This document shows positions 36,600 to 44,887 of a stretch of DNA of 59,320 bases, in pieces; within the stretch, counting starts at the first letter, position 1; each line of letters starts with the position of its first letter. The notes under the pieces were generated by a model. It worked only from the letters and a program-made list of their open reading frames with translations. It was not told the origin of the DNA and made no database searches. Origin of the DNA: Acutalibacteraceae bacterium (lineage in GTDB: Bacteria; Bacillota; Clostridia; Oscillospirales; Acutalibacteraceae); NCBI GenBank assembly GCA_045587065.1, contig JAZNBQ010000044.1, positions 1 through 59,320 on the forward strand, read 5' to 3'. Made by a program: the position numbers and the translations under genes.

Positions 36600-37578
36600 C
36601 TGTGAAATGCAGACACTGGCTTCTCTTTGTGAGTTTTTAAAGAGCAATGATGATTATGTTATTTTGACCCATGCATCTCCTGACGGAGATACTTTGGGAA
36701 GCGGTTATGCGCTTAAATACGGACTTGAAAGCTTGAACAAGAGAGCACAGGTGGTTTGTTGCGACAAAATTCCTCACAAGTACGATTATTTTATTGAGGA
36801 CAGTAACGTGGATTTTGTGCCTAAAACTGTTGTTGCCGTAGACGTTGCCGACCTTAAACTTTTAGGAGATATTTATAGTCAGTTTGAAGGCAGAATAGAC
36901 CTTTGCATCGACCATCATATTTCAAACACAAAGTATGCAAAAAGACTTTATCTTGATTCCGGTGCAGCAGCAGCGGCAGAGTGTGTTTTTGAAATATTGG
37001 ACGAGTTGGGAGCAACCTTCGACCGAAAAACCGCCAATGCACTATACACAGGACTTTCCACAGACACAGGTTGTTTTAAATATGCCAGTGTAACTGAAAA
37101 AACTCACAGAATTGCTGCAAAATTGCATAAAATCGGTGTTGATGCAGCAGAAATAAATCGTATAATGTTTGACACCAAGTCCAAGAATCGTTTAGAACTT
37201 GAAAAACTTGTGTTAGAAAAGGCCGAGTACCATTTTGGAGATAAATGTATGGTTCTTTCGGTAACCTCTAAAATGCAAAGAAGGACAGGCTGCGACCTGA
37301 CCGAGCTAGAGGGAGTTGCTTCTATGTCTCGCTCGGTGGAAGGCGTAATTGCAGGGGTTTCCATAAAGCAGGTGGCAAAGGACAAATTTAAAATTTCCAT
37401 GAGAACATACGACCCACTTGATGCCTCAAACATCTGTAAAGAACTAGGCGGCGGCGGTCACAAGGCTGCGGCAGGCTGCACTCTGACAGGCCGATTAAGC
37501 ACGGTTAAAGCTCAGGTTCTTGCGGCAGTAAAAAAGGAAATGGAGCTTAAAAATGCAGGGGATACTACTGATAGATAA
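36586..37578 (+). CDS. nrnA: DHH/DHHA1 phosphoesterase (NrnA-like oligoribonuclease/pAp phosphatase)
   Basis: Start is ATG 36586 or 36592 after GAGGAGGAG. ILTHASPDGDTLGSG, IDHH, GGGGHKAAAG. The longer ORF start at 36457 overlaps rbfA out of frame. Confidence 0.8.
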   Translation: MKMSSCEMQTLASLCEFLKSNDDYVILTHASPDGDTLGSGYALKYGLESLNKRAQVVCCDKIPHKYDYFIEDSNVDFVPKTVVAVDVADLKLLGDIYSQFEGRIDLCIDHHISNTKYAKRLYLDSGAAAAAECVFEILDELGATFDRKTANALYTGLSTDTGCFKYASVTEKTHRIAAKLHKIGVDAAEINRIMFDTKSKNRLELEKLVLEKAEYHFGDKCMVLSVTSKMQRRTGCDLTELEGVASMSRSVEGVIAGVSIKQVAKDKFKISMRTYDPLDASNICKELGGGGHKAAAGCTLTGRLSTVKAQVLAAVKKEMELKNAGDTTDR

Positions 37579-38437
37579 ACCCAAAGACATAACCTCTTTT
37601 TCTGCAGTAAGAAAAATTAAAAGATTATGCTGTGAAAAAAGGGTTGGCCATACAGGAACTCTTGACCCTTTGGCTACAGGTGTTTTGCCTATATTCGTGG
37701 GCAGAGCAACCGCACTTTCATCCTTTCTTCTTGATGCAGATAAAGAATATATAGCAAGGGTGCGCTTAGGCGTTTCTACAGACAGCTGTGATATTACAGG
37801 CAAGGTAATAAAAGAAAACCAAGTAAAAGTCACAGAAGAAGAACTTTTAGAGGTGGTAAATTCCTTTAAAGGAGAAAGCCAGCAGGTGCCACCGATGTTT
37901 TCTGCACTAAAAAAAGACGGTGTTCGTCTTTACGACCTTGCACGTCAGGGCAAAGAGGTGGAAATAGAGCCAAGGAAAATTACCATATTCAGTATTGAGT
38001 TAAGTGACTTTGATGGGGTAGAGTTTAACATAAAAGTTAAATGTTCTAAAGGGACGTACATAAGGTCTCTTTGCCGAGATATAGGAGAAAAACTTTCCTG
38101 TGGAGCCACTATGACAGAGCTCAGAAGAACCGCAACCTCAGGCTTCCACATTAAAGACTGTATGCCTTTAGACCAACTTACTGAAGAAAACATTAAAGAT
38201 TATCTTGAAAATGAAGAGAAGGCTGTTGAATTTTTGAGAGAAATTCAGGTTACAGAAAAACAGGCTCTTAGATTTTCAAACGGCGGACAGTTAAGTTTCG
38301 AAAGATTAAAGGCCACTTTAAACACGGAGAACGAGCTTTTAAGAGTTAAATATAAAGATTTGTTTTTAGGTCTGGGCAGAGCCGATTTAGAAAAACAGGA
38401 ACTGGCAATTAAATGTGTAATAAACACTATGAAATAA
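37553..38437 (+). CDS. truB: tRNA pseudouridine(55) synthase
   Basis: GILLIDKPKDITSF...VGHTGTLDPLATGVLPI...QVPPMFSALK. Confidence 0.95.
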   Translation: MQGILLIDKPKDITSFSAVRKIKRLCCEKRVGHTGTLDPLATGVLPIFVGRATALSSFLLDADKEYIARVRLGVSTDSCDITGKVIKENQVKVTEEELLEVVNSFKGESQQVPPMFSALKKDGVRLYDLARQGKEVEIEPRKITIFSIELSDFDGVEFNIKVKCSKGTYIRSLCRDIGEKLSCGATMTELRRTATSGFHIKDCMPLDQLTEENIKDYLENEEKAVEFLREIQVTEKQALRFSNGGQLSFERLKATLNTENELLRVKYKDLFLGLGRADLEKQELAIKCVINTMK

Positions 38438-38451
38438 AGGAGTGAATTTAA

Positions 38452-39306
38452 GTGAGCCAATATGCAATAGCCCTTGGTATGTTTGACGGAGTCCACCTTG
38501 GTCATCGCGCCGTTTTAAACTCTGCCATTTCAAGCGGTTTTATTAGCGTTGCGGTTACCTTTAATTCGCTTCCCATTAAGGCTGGTGGAGTTTTAATGAC
38601 ACCCTCTGTTAAGGAGGAAGCTTTAAAATCCTTAGGTGTAGAAATTGTTGATTTTCTGGATTTTGAAAGTATTAAAGACTTAGAACCCACTGAATTTTTA
38701 GACAGACTTTGTGAGAAATATAAGGTTGGAAAAATTTCTTGCGGATTTAATTACCGTTTTGGAAAACACGCAGAGGGCGACACTACTCTTCTTAGAGCCT
38801 ACTGCCAAGAAAAAGAAATCTTGTTTGACGAGATTCCCCCTGTGACACAAAAGGGCACACCTGTTTCTTCCAGTCTTATAAAAGAACTGTTGAAAGAGGG
38901 AGAGACAGAGAAAGCAGAGGAACTTTTAGGAGAACCCTTCTTCTTTACCGCAAAGGTAGAAAAGGGAGACCAACGGGGAAGAACAATGGGATTTCCCACT
39001 GCAAACCAAAAATATCCTGAAAATTATGTAACCTTAAAAAAAGGTGTTTATCAAACCGTGGTTACCATAGGCGGAAAGTCCTATGATGCCGTTACAAATA
39101 TAGGGGTAAGACCAACATACCCCAAAGACTTTATAACTGCAGAAAGCCACATAATAAATTATTGTGGCGACTGCTATGGAAAAGAAATGAAAACACAGAT
39201 TATAAAGTTCTTACGCGAGGAAAAGGTTTTTGCTAACATAGATGAACTTAAAGAAGCAATAGCGGAAAACCTAAGAGAAGTAAAGGAAAATTCAAAAGCA
39301 AAATAA
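38452..39306 (+). CDS. ribF: Bifunctional riboflavin kinase / FAD synthetase
   Basis: GTG start after AAGGAG. ALGMFDGVHLGHRAV; C-terminal kinase domain GDQRGRTMGFPTAN...GVRPT. Confidence 0.9.
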   Translation: MSQYAIALGMFDGVHLGHRAVLNSAISSGFISVAVTFNSLPIKAGGVLMTPSVKEEALKSLGVEIVDFLDFESIKDLEPTEFLDRLCEKYKVGKISCGFNYRFGKHAEGDTTLLRAYCQEKEILFDEIPPVTQKGTPVSSSLIKELLKEGETEKAEELLGEPFFFTAKVEKGDQRGRTMGFPTANQKYPENYVTLKKGVYQTVVTIGGKSYDAVTNIGVRPTYPKDFITAESHIINYCGDCYGKEMKTQIIKFLREEKVFANIDELKEAIAENLREVKENSKAK

Positions 39307-39340
39307 AAAGCCGTATGTAAAGATAACATACGGCTTTTTT
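39305..39340. terminator. Bidirectional rho-independent terminator
   Basis: AGCCGTATGT-aaagata-ACATACGGCT (10 bp) with an A-run upstream and TTTTTT downstream. It sits between convergent ribF and the M23 peptidase gene. Confidence 0.85.
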
Positions 39341-39366
39341 GCGCCCCTAAGCGAATGACGAGGGCA

Positions 39367-40071
39367 CTATTCCTGACTTTCTATAACAGAGAGAGGGTCA
39401 ATAGATTTACTGTCTTTAAACATTTCTAAATGTAGGTGTGCGGCATCCACACATTCACTGGGAACCAGGTCTACAGTGCCAAGCTTTTGGCCTAAGGTTA
39501 CTGTGTCTCCTTCGGAAACTAAAACATTTTTGTTTAGTCCACAATAACGGGCAACAAGAGAATTTCCGTGGTCTATTTCAATATATATGCCAAGAAGAGA
39601 ATCGTTTATTACTGCAACAACTGTTCCGTTTCCGCATGACTTAACGCTTGTCCCTTTGTCACAGGTAATATCAACGCCTTCGTGGTATCTCATATCTTTA
39701 TAGGTGTTGGAAAATTTAAGTTCACTGTCGCTAAAGGATTTACCTATGTCGCCATTTAAGGGAAAAGCAAAGGTTGTTGCAACAGGCAGCTCTTGCTCTT
39801 CTGTTTTTTCTTCTGTGGACGAGGTCTCTTCACTTGAATAATAAAGTTCGCTTGCATCTCCTTGCACCTGTGCGTCAGAAGACGTGTCGGTCTCCGGAGA
39901 ATAGTAAGAAGTAATATCGGAACTGTTATTAAGCTCGGACGTTTCAGGGCCTTTCACACCGGACCAAGCAGACCATACGGCGCCACCTATTGCCAAGAGA
40001 CAAAGGCATACAACAAAATAAAATGATTTGCCTTTAGAAAAACCTGCAGATTTTTGATTATAATATTTCAT
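39367..40071 (-). CDS. M23-family metallopeptidase (peptidoglycan endopeptidase), membrane-anchored
   Basis: N-terminal TM (FYFVVCLCLLAIGGAVW), an S/T/E-rich linker, then YHEGVDI...HLHLE zinc-binding motifs. Confidence 0.85.
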   Translation of the reverse strand: MKYYNQKSAGFSKGKSFYFVVCLCLLAIGGAVWSAWSGVKGPETSELNNSSDITSYYSPETDTSSDAQVQGDASELYYSSEETSSTEEKTEEQELPVATTFAFPLNGDIGKSFSDSELKFSNTYKDMRYHEGVDITCDKGTSVKSCGNGTVVAVINDSLLGIYIEIDHGNSLVARYCGLNKNVLVSEGDTVTLGQKLGTVDLVPSECVDAAHLHLEMFKDSKSIDPLSVIESQE

Positions 40072-40262
40072 AAATTTTACCGCCTTCCGAGTTTATTTTC
40101 GCCTCTTTTAATATTTTTTATGCAAAAAATTAAATAATTTTTTAAAATTAGTTCACAAAAAGATAAAAATCATGGAGTATTATAAATTACGCAGATTAAG
40201 AAAGCCGCAATTCTTAATTTGCAGGGACATTATGTACCTACTCATAAACCCCTCGAAATAGG

Positions 40263-40291
40263 AAAAAGCACCGTGGGAACGGTGCTTTTTT
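40263..40291. terminator. Orphan rho-independent terminator (no annotated gene ends here)
   Basis: AGCACCGT-ggga-ACGGTGCT with AAAAA upstream and TTTTTT downstream. Confidence 0.7.
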
Positions 40292-40434
40292 CATTTTAAG
40301 GCAAAAATTTACAAAAGTATTAAAAAGGGGTAATAGTTTGTAATTAATTTGATATAAAATCGTAACTCAAATGAAAAGACTTTTATGAAATCCTTGATAT
40401 ATAATATTAATATCAAATTATCGGAGGTGGGAAA

Positions 40435-40971
40435 ATGAAACGAAGAATTCTTTCTTTTGCATTGATTTGCATGGTAATGCTTTTAAGTTTTAGTTTTCCT
40501 ACTGCTACTGCTCAGGTTAAGGCGCAGACCATTGCCGAAACAGATTCCTTAAGATTTGAAAATATGCTTAATCACAACTATCTTTTTGGAGACGATTTTA
40601 ACGACATCAACAAGGTTGTTGACAAAAGCATAATACCTCTTCTTGATAAACGAGACGGAGACTTTATAAGAGAAGATATTGTTAAAAGCTTTGTGGAAAA
40701 TATGTATGACTTTGATATTGAAGGTTATGCGCCAAACACAAACGCTCCTTTAAGAGATGGTTACATCTTTATAATGCCAATGGGTTATGAAAACATTTCT
40801 CATAAAATAATTTCTGTCAGCGCAAATGACCTTCTTTATTGTGTGGTTTCAGAAATTACTTTCATCACCCACGACGGCGAAACCGAGACCGCTACTTGCG
40901 AGACTGTTTTCTTAGAAAATCAGAATTCTGCTTTTGGTTATAATATAATCTCTGCAAACATTTCAGAATAA
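40435..40971 (+). CDS. Secreted hypothetical protein
   Basis: Signal peptide MKRRILSFALICMVMLLSFSFPTATAQV. RBS is GGAGGTGGG. No recognisable domain. Confidence 0.6.
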   Translation: MKRRILSFALICMVMLLSFSFPTATAQVKAQTIAETDSLRFENMLNHNYLFGDDFNDINKVVDKSIIPLLDKRDGDFIREDIVKSFVENMYDFDIEGYAPNTNAPLRDGYIFIMPMGYENISHKIISVSANDLLYCVVSEITFITHDGETETATCETVFLENQNSAFGYNIISANISE

Positions 40972-40974
40972 AAT

Positions 40975-41005
40975 AAAAGACCCGATAAAAATCGGGTCTT
41001 TTTTA
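40975..41005. terminator. Bidirectional rho-independent terminator
   Basis: AGACCCGAT-aaaa-ATCGGGTCT flanked by an A-run and a T-run, between convergent genes. Confidence 0.85.
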
Positions 41006-41016
41006 TTTTGCAATTA

Positions 41017-42300
41017 TTACTTATCTTCAGCCTCTTTAGATGAAACAGGAGCAGATGAGGATGATGATTCAGCTTCAACCAGAGTATCTACAACAGAAAC
41101 TTTTGTTAGACCGTTGTTTTTAACAGTTAAAGAAACTTCTTTGGTTTTGCTCTCGGTGGTGTAGCCTGAAGGCACGGTTTGTGTTAAGGTGTAATCGCCA
41201 AAGGGTAGGCCTTCCTTAGAGAGTATGCCTTTTGAATCGGTCTTGCCAAGCTTATACTCAGTGCCGCTCTTTTTATTTGTTGCCTTAAATTCCACGCCGG
41301 AAATGGCTTTGCCGTTGTTGTCGTTTAAAGTGATTTCTAAACAAGCCGCCATTCTTATATTGCTTGGTGTGGTTATAACTTTTAATGGCCACTGTGGGTC
41401 AGGTCCGAAATGCATACGCTCAACAGCACAGAATTCAGGGCCGTTATCGTTGCCTACGTGATAAACCCAGTGATAACCGTTTTTATAACCGGCATAAACA
41501 GACACGTGCATACCAACGTCTTTTTTATCTAAAGCGTTGCACATTACCATAATAGAACCAATTGGAATTTCTTCCTTAGGTGTAAAGTGAAGGTAACCTG
41601 CGCCGTCTTTATATACAGAGAAATCAATATATCTTGAATAGCCCTTGCTTACCCATTTTTTTGCCGCCTTATACATATCGTCTGCCCATACAGACCTTTC
41701 AGGTCGGTCAAGGAAAGAGGTATCAATTCCTGCAACGTTAGGCAGATAATTGAAATAAACGTAAGTAACAAAGGATGCGCAAACCAGACCGCCTGAACGT
41801 TCAAAATATTTAATATCAGGCTTGCCCTGAGAGTTTGTTTCATAACCTGTAGCAACTCCGCCGTAGCCTATTTTGGAAAGCCAACCCTTTGCTCTTTTGG
41901 TGGAAGCAAGGCGATATTTCCACATTTCACCGTCGGCAATATGTTTCTTTATGTTATAGCCTGTGTAGATTAAAGAATCCATAAACACGTTATCGTTAAT
42001 GTCCATATTGGTGTTATATGTGTAGTTGGTTTGTGGCTTTGGTGCAGTGGTTGTTGTAGAAGTCGGCTTGCTACTTGTAGTAGGCTTTGGTTTGCTGCTA
42101 GACGCAGGCTTGCTGCTGGATGCAGGCTTACTACTGGATGCAGGCTCACTGCTTGACGACTCTTCAAGGCTAGAAACCTCACTGGAAGATTCTATAACAG
42201 AGGAGCTTTCTATTTCTATGGTAGGGGTTTTATTCTTTTTGCAGCCCACTAATAAAACAAGTGAAAATACTAATGCAAAAGCAAGAATTCGTTTAATCAT
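41017..42300 (-). CDS. Lipoprotein with Ser-rich repeat linker, putative papain/NlpC-P60-like cysteine hydrolase core and C-terminal Cna-B/SpaA-type Ig-like domain
   Basis: ATG 42300 after AGGAGGA. Lipobox LVLLVGC. (KPASSS)n linker; GGLVCASFV and MHVSVYAG as candidate Cys/His. C-terminal GVEFKATNKKSGTEYKLGKTDSKGILSKEGLPFGDYTLTQTVPSGY. Confidence 0.55.
   Translation of the reverse strand: MIKRILAFALVFSLVLLVGCKKNKTPTIEIESSSVIESSSEVSSLEESSSSEPASSSKPASSSKPASSSKPKPTTSSKPTSTTTTAPKPQTNYTYNTNMDINDNVFMDSLIYTGYNIKKHIADGEMWKYRLASTKRAKGWLSKIGYGGVATGYETNSQGKPDIKYFERSGGLVCASFVTYVYFNYLPNVAGIDTSFLDRPERSVWADDMYKAAKKWVSKGYSRYIDFSVYKDGAGYLHFTPKEEIPIGSIMVMCNALDKKDVGMHVSVYAGYKNGYHWVYHVGNDNGPEFCAVERMHFGPDPQWPLKVITTPSNIRMAACLEITLNDNNGKAISGVEFKATNKKSGTEYKLGKTDSKGILSKEGLPFGDYTLTQTVPSGYTTESKTKEVSLTVKNNGLTKVSVVDTLVEAESSSSSAPVSSKEAEDK
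42092..42160. repeat. 18-bp tandem repeat (about 3.8 copies) encoding the KPASSS linker
   Basis: ttgctgctagacgcaggc / ttgctgctggatgcaggc / ttactactggatgcaggc / tcactgcttgacgac, read directly in the sequence. Confidence 0.8.
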
Positions 42301-42421
42301 ATTTCCTCCTAAAAAATACAACGTACGACAATACAATACCATTATTTCGACTAAAAGTCAAGTTTTTAGGGGTTTACAAAATATTCTAAATGATTTATAA
42401 TGGAAATAGTTTTTAAGACAG

Positions 42422-43063
42422 GTGATAAAAGTGAAAAGCAATTATATTTCTGCTTCAGTTATTAAAAGACTGCCCAGATACTATCGCTTTCTGAAAGAAC
42501 TTAAAAGTCAGAATATTACTCGTGTTTCTTCAAGTGAACTTGCAGAAAAAATGAAACTTACCGCAAGTCAAATTCGTCAGGACCTTAACTGCTTTGGAGG
42601 CTTTGGTCAACAGGGTTACGGTTATAATATTGATATGCTTTATGAAGAAATCGGAAATATATTAGGTTTTAACACTCTTTCGGATGCAATAATTATCGGT
42701 GTGGGAAAACTGGGCCTTGTGGTTTCTGAGAATATGAGTTTTGAAAAACTGGGCTTCAGACTAATAGGCGCTTTTGATAACAACCCTGAGATTATCGGCA
42801 CAAAAACAGCTGACCTTACTATTTTAGACGTGGAAAAGCTTGAAGAGTTTTGTCTTTTACATAAACCTAAGGTTGCTATTTTGTGCGTTCCAACCTTTGC
42901 CGCTAAAGAACTTTCGGAAAAGCTTATAGAATTAGGTGTTGAGGGCTTTTGGAATTTCTCTCATTATGATATTTCCCTTTTGCACCCTGAGGTTTCGGTG
43001 GAAAACGTTCATCTTAACGATACTCTTGCAAGGCTCTCTTATAAAATTAAAAATAATAAATAA
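42422..43063 (+). CDS. rex: Redox-sensing transcriptional repressor Rex
   Basis: ISASVIKRLPRYYRFLKEL...SSSELAEKMKLTASQIRQDLNCFGGFGQQGYGY...IIGVGKLG. GTG start at 42422 (alternative GTG at 42431). Confidence 0.88.
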   Translation: MIKVKSNYISASVIKRLPRYYRFLKELKSQNITRVSSSELAEKMKLTASQIRQDLNCFGGFGQQGYGYNIDMLYEEIGNILGFNTLSDAIIIGVGKLGLVVSENMSFEKLGFRLIGAFDNNPEIIGTKTADLTILDVEKLEEFCLLHKPKVAILCVPTFAAKELSEKLIELGVEGFWNFSHYDISLLHPEVSVENVHLNDTLARLSYKIKNNK

Positions 43064-43065
43064 AG

Positions 43066-43100
43066 AAATCATCGCAAATAATATTTGCGGTGATTTTTTT
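43066..43100 (+). terminator. Rho-independent terminator after rex
   Basis: AATCATCGCAAAT-aat-ATTTGCGGTGATT followed by TTTTTTT. Confidence 0.75.
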
Positions 43101-43775
43101 ATGCTCGTGTCAATTATCAGAACCTTTATAATGTACTTTTTTGTTATGTGTGCAATTCGGATTATGGGCAAAAGGCAAATAGGAGATATGCAACCGGGAG
43201 AACTTGTTGTAACTCTCCTTATTTCTGAAATTGCGGCAATTCCCTTACAGGATTCTTCTCAGCCTCTCCTTTTAGGCATTGTTTCCATGTTTACCCTTGT
43301 GTCTATTGAAATAATTATTTCAATATTTGCTATGAAAAGCCTTAAAATCAGAAAACTCATATCAGGCAAAAGCGTGGTAGTCATAAAAAACGGAGAGATA
43401 GACCAAAAGGCTATGAAAAAGGTGAGGCTTACAGTCCTTGATTTAATCGAGCTTTTAAGAGCTCAGGACGTATTTTCTCTTGACAGCGTGGCATTTGCGG
43501 TATTAGAGGTAAACGGAAGCCTTAGCGTTTTATTAAAAGAAGATAAGCAACCTGCTACGGTGGGAGACCTTAATATAAAAACCGCGAGAGAGGGTTTGCC
43601 TCTTCCTGTAATAAGTGACGGCAAAATAATAAAGGAGAGCATAAAAGCTCTCCAAATAAGTGAAACCAAGGTAAAGGAAATCATAAATGCCAATAAACTG
43701 CAAACAAAAGAGGTTTTTCTTTTAAACCTTGACAGATACGGCAACTTTACTTTAATTAAGAGGGATAATATATGA
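43101..43775 (+). CDS. DUF421 (YetF-like) membrane protein
   Basis: ATG 43101 lies just after the rex terminator. IRIMGKRQIGDMQPGELVVTLLISEIAA is the hallmark DUF421 motif. The longer ORF start at 42936 overlaps rex. Confidence 0.8.
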   Translation: MLVSIIRTFIMYFFVMCAIRIMGKRQIGDMQPGELVVTLLISEIAAIPLQDSSQPLLLGIVSMFTLVSIEIIISIFAMKSLKIRKLISGKSVVVIKNGEIDQKAMKKVRLTVLDLIELLRAQDVFSLDSVAFAVLEVNGSLSVLLKEDKQPATVGDLNIKTAREGLPLPVISDGKIIKESIKALQISETKVKEIINANKLQTKEVFLLNLDRYGNFTLIKRDNI

Positions 43776-44152
43776 AAAGGCTTATAGCTAGTATTGTAAT
43801 AATATTAATGTTAGGCGGTTTATCAATTTTGGGAAACGTCTTGACTGAAAAGCAGTATAAAAAAATAAATGCTTCTTTAAATCTTGCTAAAGAATCTGTT
43901 GAAAAAGAGGATTTTAAAGAAGCTAAAAAAATAATAAAAGAAATAGAAGAGGGTTGGCTTAAATCAGAAAGACGTCTTGCAGTGTTTATAAATCATCAGT
44001 TGCTTGACGAGGTAGGGTTAAAGCTTACGGTAATATACCCTTTTTGTGAAGCGGATACAAAAGCAGAATGTGCCGCCGCAATAAAAGAAGCCAAAATTGC
44101 CCTTGTTCATATGAAAAACGGACAAATACCATCTTTTGAGACGGTGATGTAA
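43772..44152 (+). CDS. DUF4363-like small membrane-anchored protein
   Basis: 4-nt start/stop overlap with the DUF421 gene. N-terminal TM plus a helical KE-rich domain. This is the usual partner position of DUF421 genes. Confidence 0.6.
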   Translation: MKRLIASIVIILMLGGLSILGNVLTEKQYKKINASLNLAKESVEKEDFKEAKKIIKEIEEGWLKSERRLAVFINHQLLDEVGLKLTVIYPFCEADTKAECAAAIKEAKIALVHMKNGQIPSFETVM

Positions 44153-44173
44153 TAGCAAAAGGCTTGTAAAATA

Positions 44174-44202
44174 TTGACAATCACCATATCCTGTGTTATC
44201 AT
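44174..44202 (+). promoter_or_regulatory. Sigma-A promoter with extended -10
   Basis: TTGACA (44174-44179), 17 nt ending in TGt, then TATCAT (44197-44202). Confidence 0.6.
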
Positions 44203-44222
44203 AAAGAAAAAGGGTGTATAAA

Positions 44223-44309
44223 ATGAAAAGAATTTTTAAAATTGATTTTAAGTTTATGCACTGCTTTGATTTATATGTTTTTTATGGAAAACTAAAATTT
44301 ATTTGGTAG
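44223..44309 (+). CDS. 28-codon small ORF (MKRIFKIDFKFMHCFDLYVFYGKLKFIW), candidate leader/small peptide
   Basis: ATG 44223 follows AAAAAGGGTG with about 7-nt spacing. The ORF sits between a good promoter and a terminator. It is below the ORF-track length cut-off. Confidence 0.3.
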   Translation: MKRIFKIDFKFMHCFDLYVFYGKLKFIW

Positions 44310-44310
44310 T

Positions 44311-44351
44311 GCGTAAGCTTATTTTAACAGAGCTTACGCGCTTTTATTTTT
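44311..44351 (+). terminator. Rho-independent terminator/attenuator
   Basis: GCGTAAGCT-tattttaacag-AGCTTACGC followed by gCTTTTATTTTT, starting 2 nt after the sORF stop. Confidence 0.7.
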
Positions 44352-44388
44352 ACCTAATATAACCCATTTGTCGGAGGCTGAATATAAT

Positions 44389-44859
44389 ATGAAAAATTTC
44401 ATTAGTATCTTTTGTTCTTTTTTGAGTCTTCTTATGCTTTGTTCCTGTAACTCGTACGATACCCCAACCCAAGCAGAATTTGAAGAACACTCAAAAAAGC
44501 AAGGCGTGGTTTTGGTAACCGATAAAACTGAATACATTTATCCCGAAGATACCATACGGTATAACGTGGTAAACTATAGCGAAGAAACCTATTTGTTTGA
44601 AAATGATATGGCTATATTAGAGATTTATGTAAATGGCAAGTGGGAAAAAGTTTCATTTAACGGTGTCCATACTTACGAGGCTTGGAGCCACGAATTAGGG
44701 TTAAATGAACAATCAACTTTGCCTTTGGAAAAAAATTTAGAAGAACACGAAAGAGGAAGAAAAGAAACAGGTATAGGAAATAACAGAAAACGACTGAAAA
44801 AAGGTTACTATAGAATAGTAAGAGATGGCTGTGTTTCAAATATTTTCTTTATTTCTTGA
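44389..44859 (+). CDS. Hypothetical lipoprotein
   Basis: ATG 44389. Lipobox LLMLCSC. No recognisable catalytic motif. Confidence 0.6.
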   Translation: MKNFISIFCSFLSLLMLCSCNSYDTPTQAEFEEHSKKQGVVLVTDKTEYIYPEDTIRYNVVNYSEETYLFENDMAILEIYVNGKWEKVSFNGVHTYEAWSHELGLNEQSTLPLEKNLEEHERGRKETGIGNNRKRLKKGYYRIVRDGCVSNIFFIS

Positions 44860-44887
44860 ATGTTTTATTTTTTGGAGGTGTATTTTA

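Noticed and set aside
40143-40161. TTCACAA half-site with an upstream TTTTAAA, considered as a possible Rex box.
   Set aside because: The left half matches poorly and the spacing is off, so it is probably just AT-rich promoter DNA.
42936-43100. N-terminal 55-codon extension of the DUF421 ORF.
   Set aside because: It overlaps the 3' end of rex and the rex terminator. The conserved DUF421 N-terminus starts at ATG 43101.
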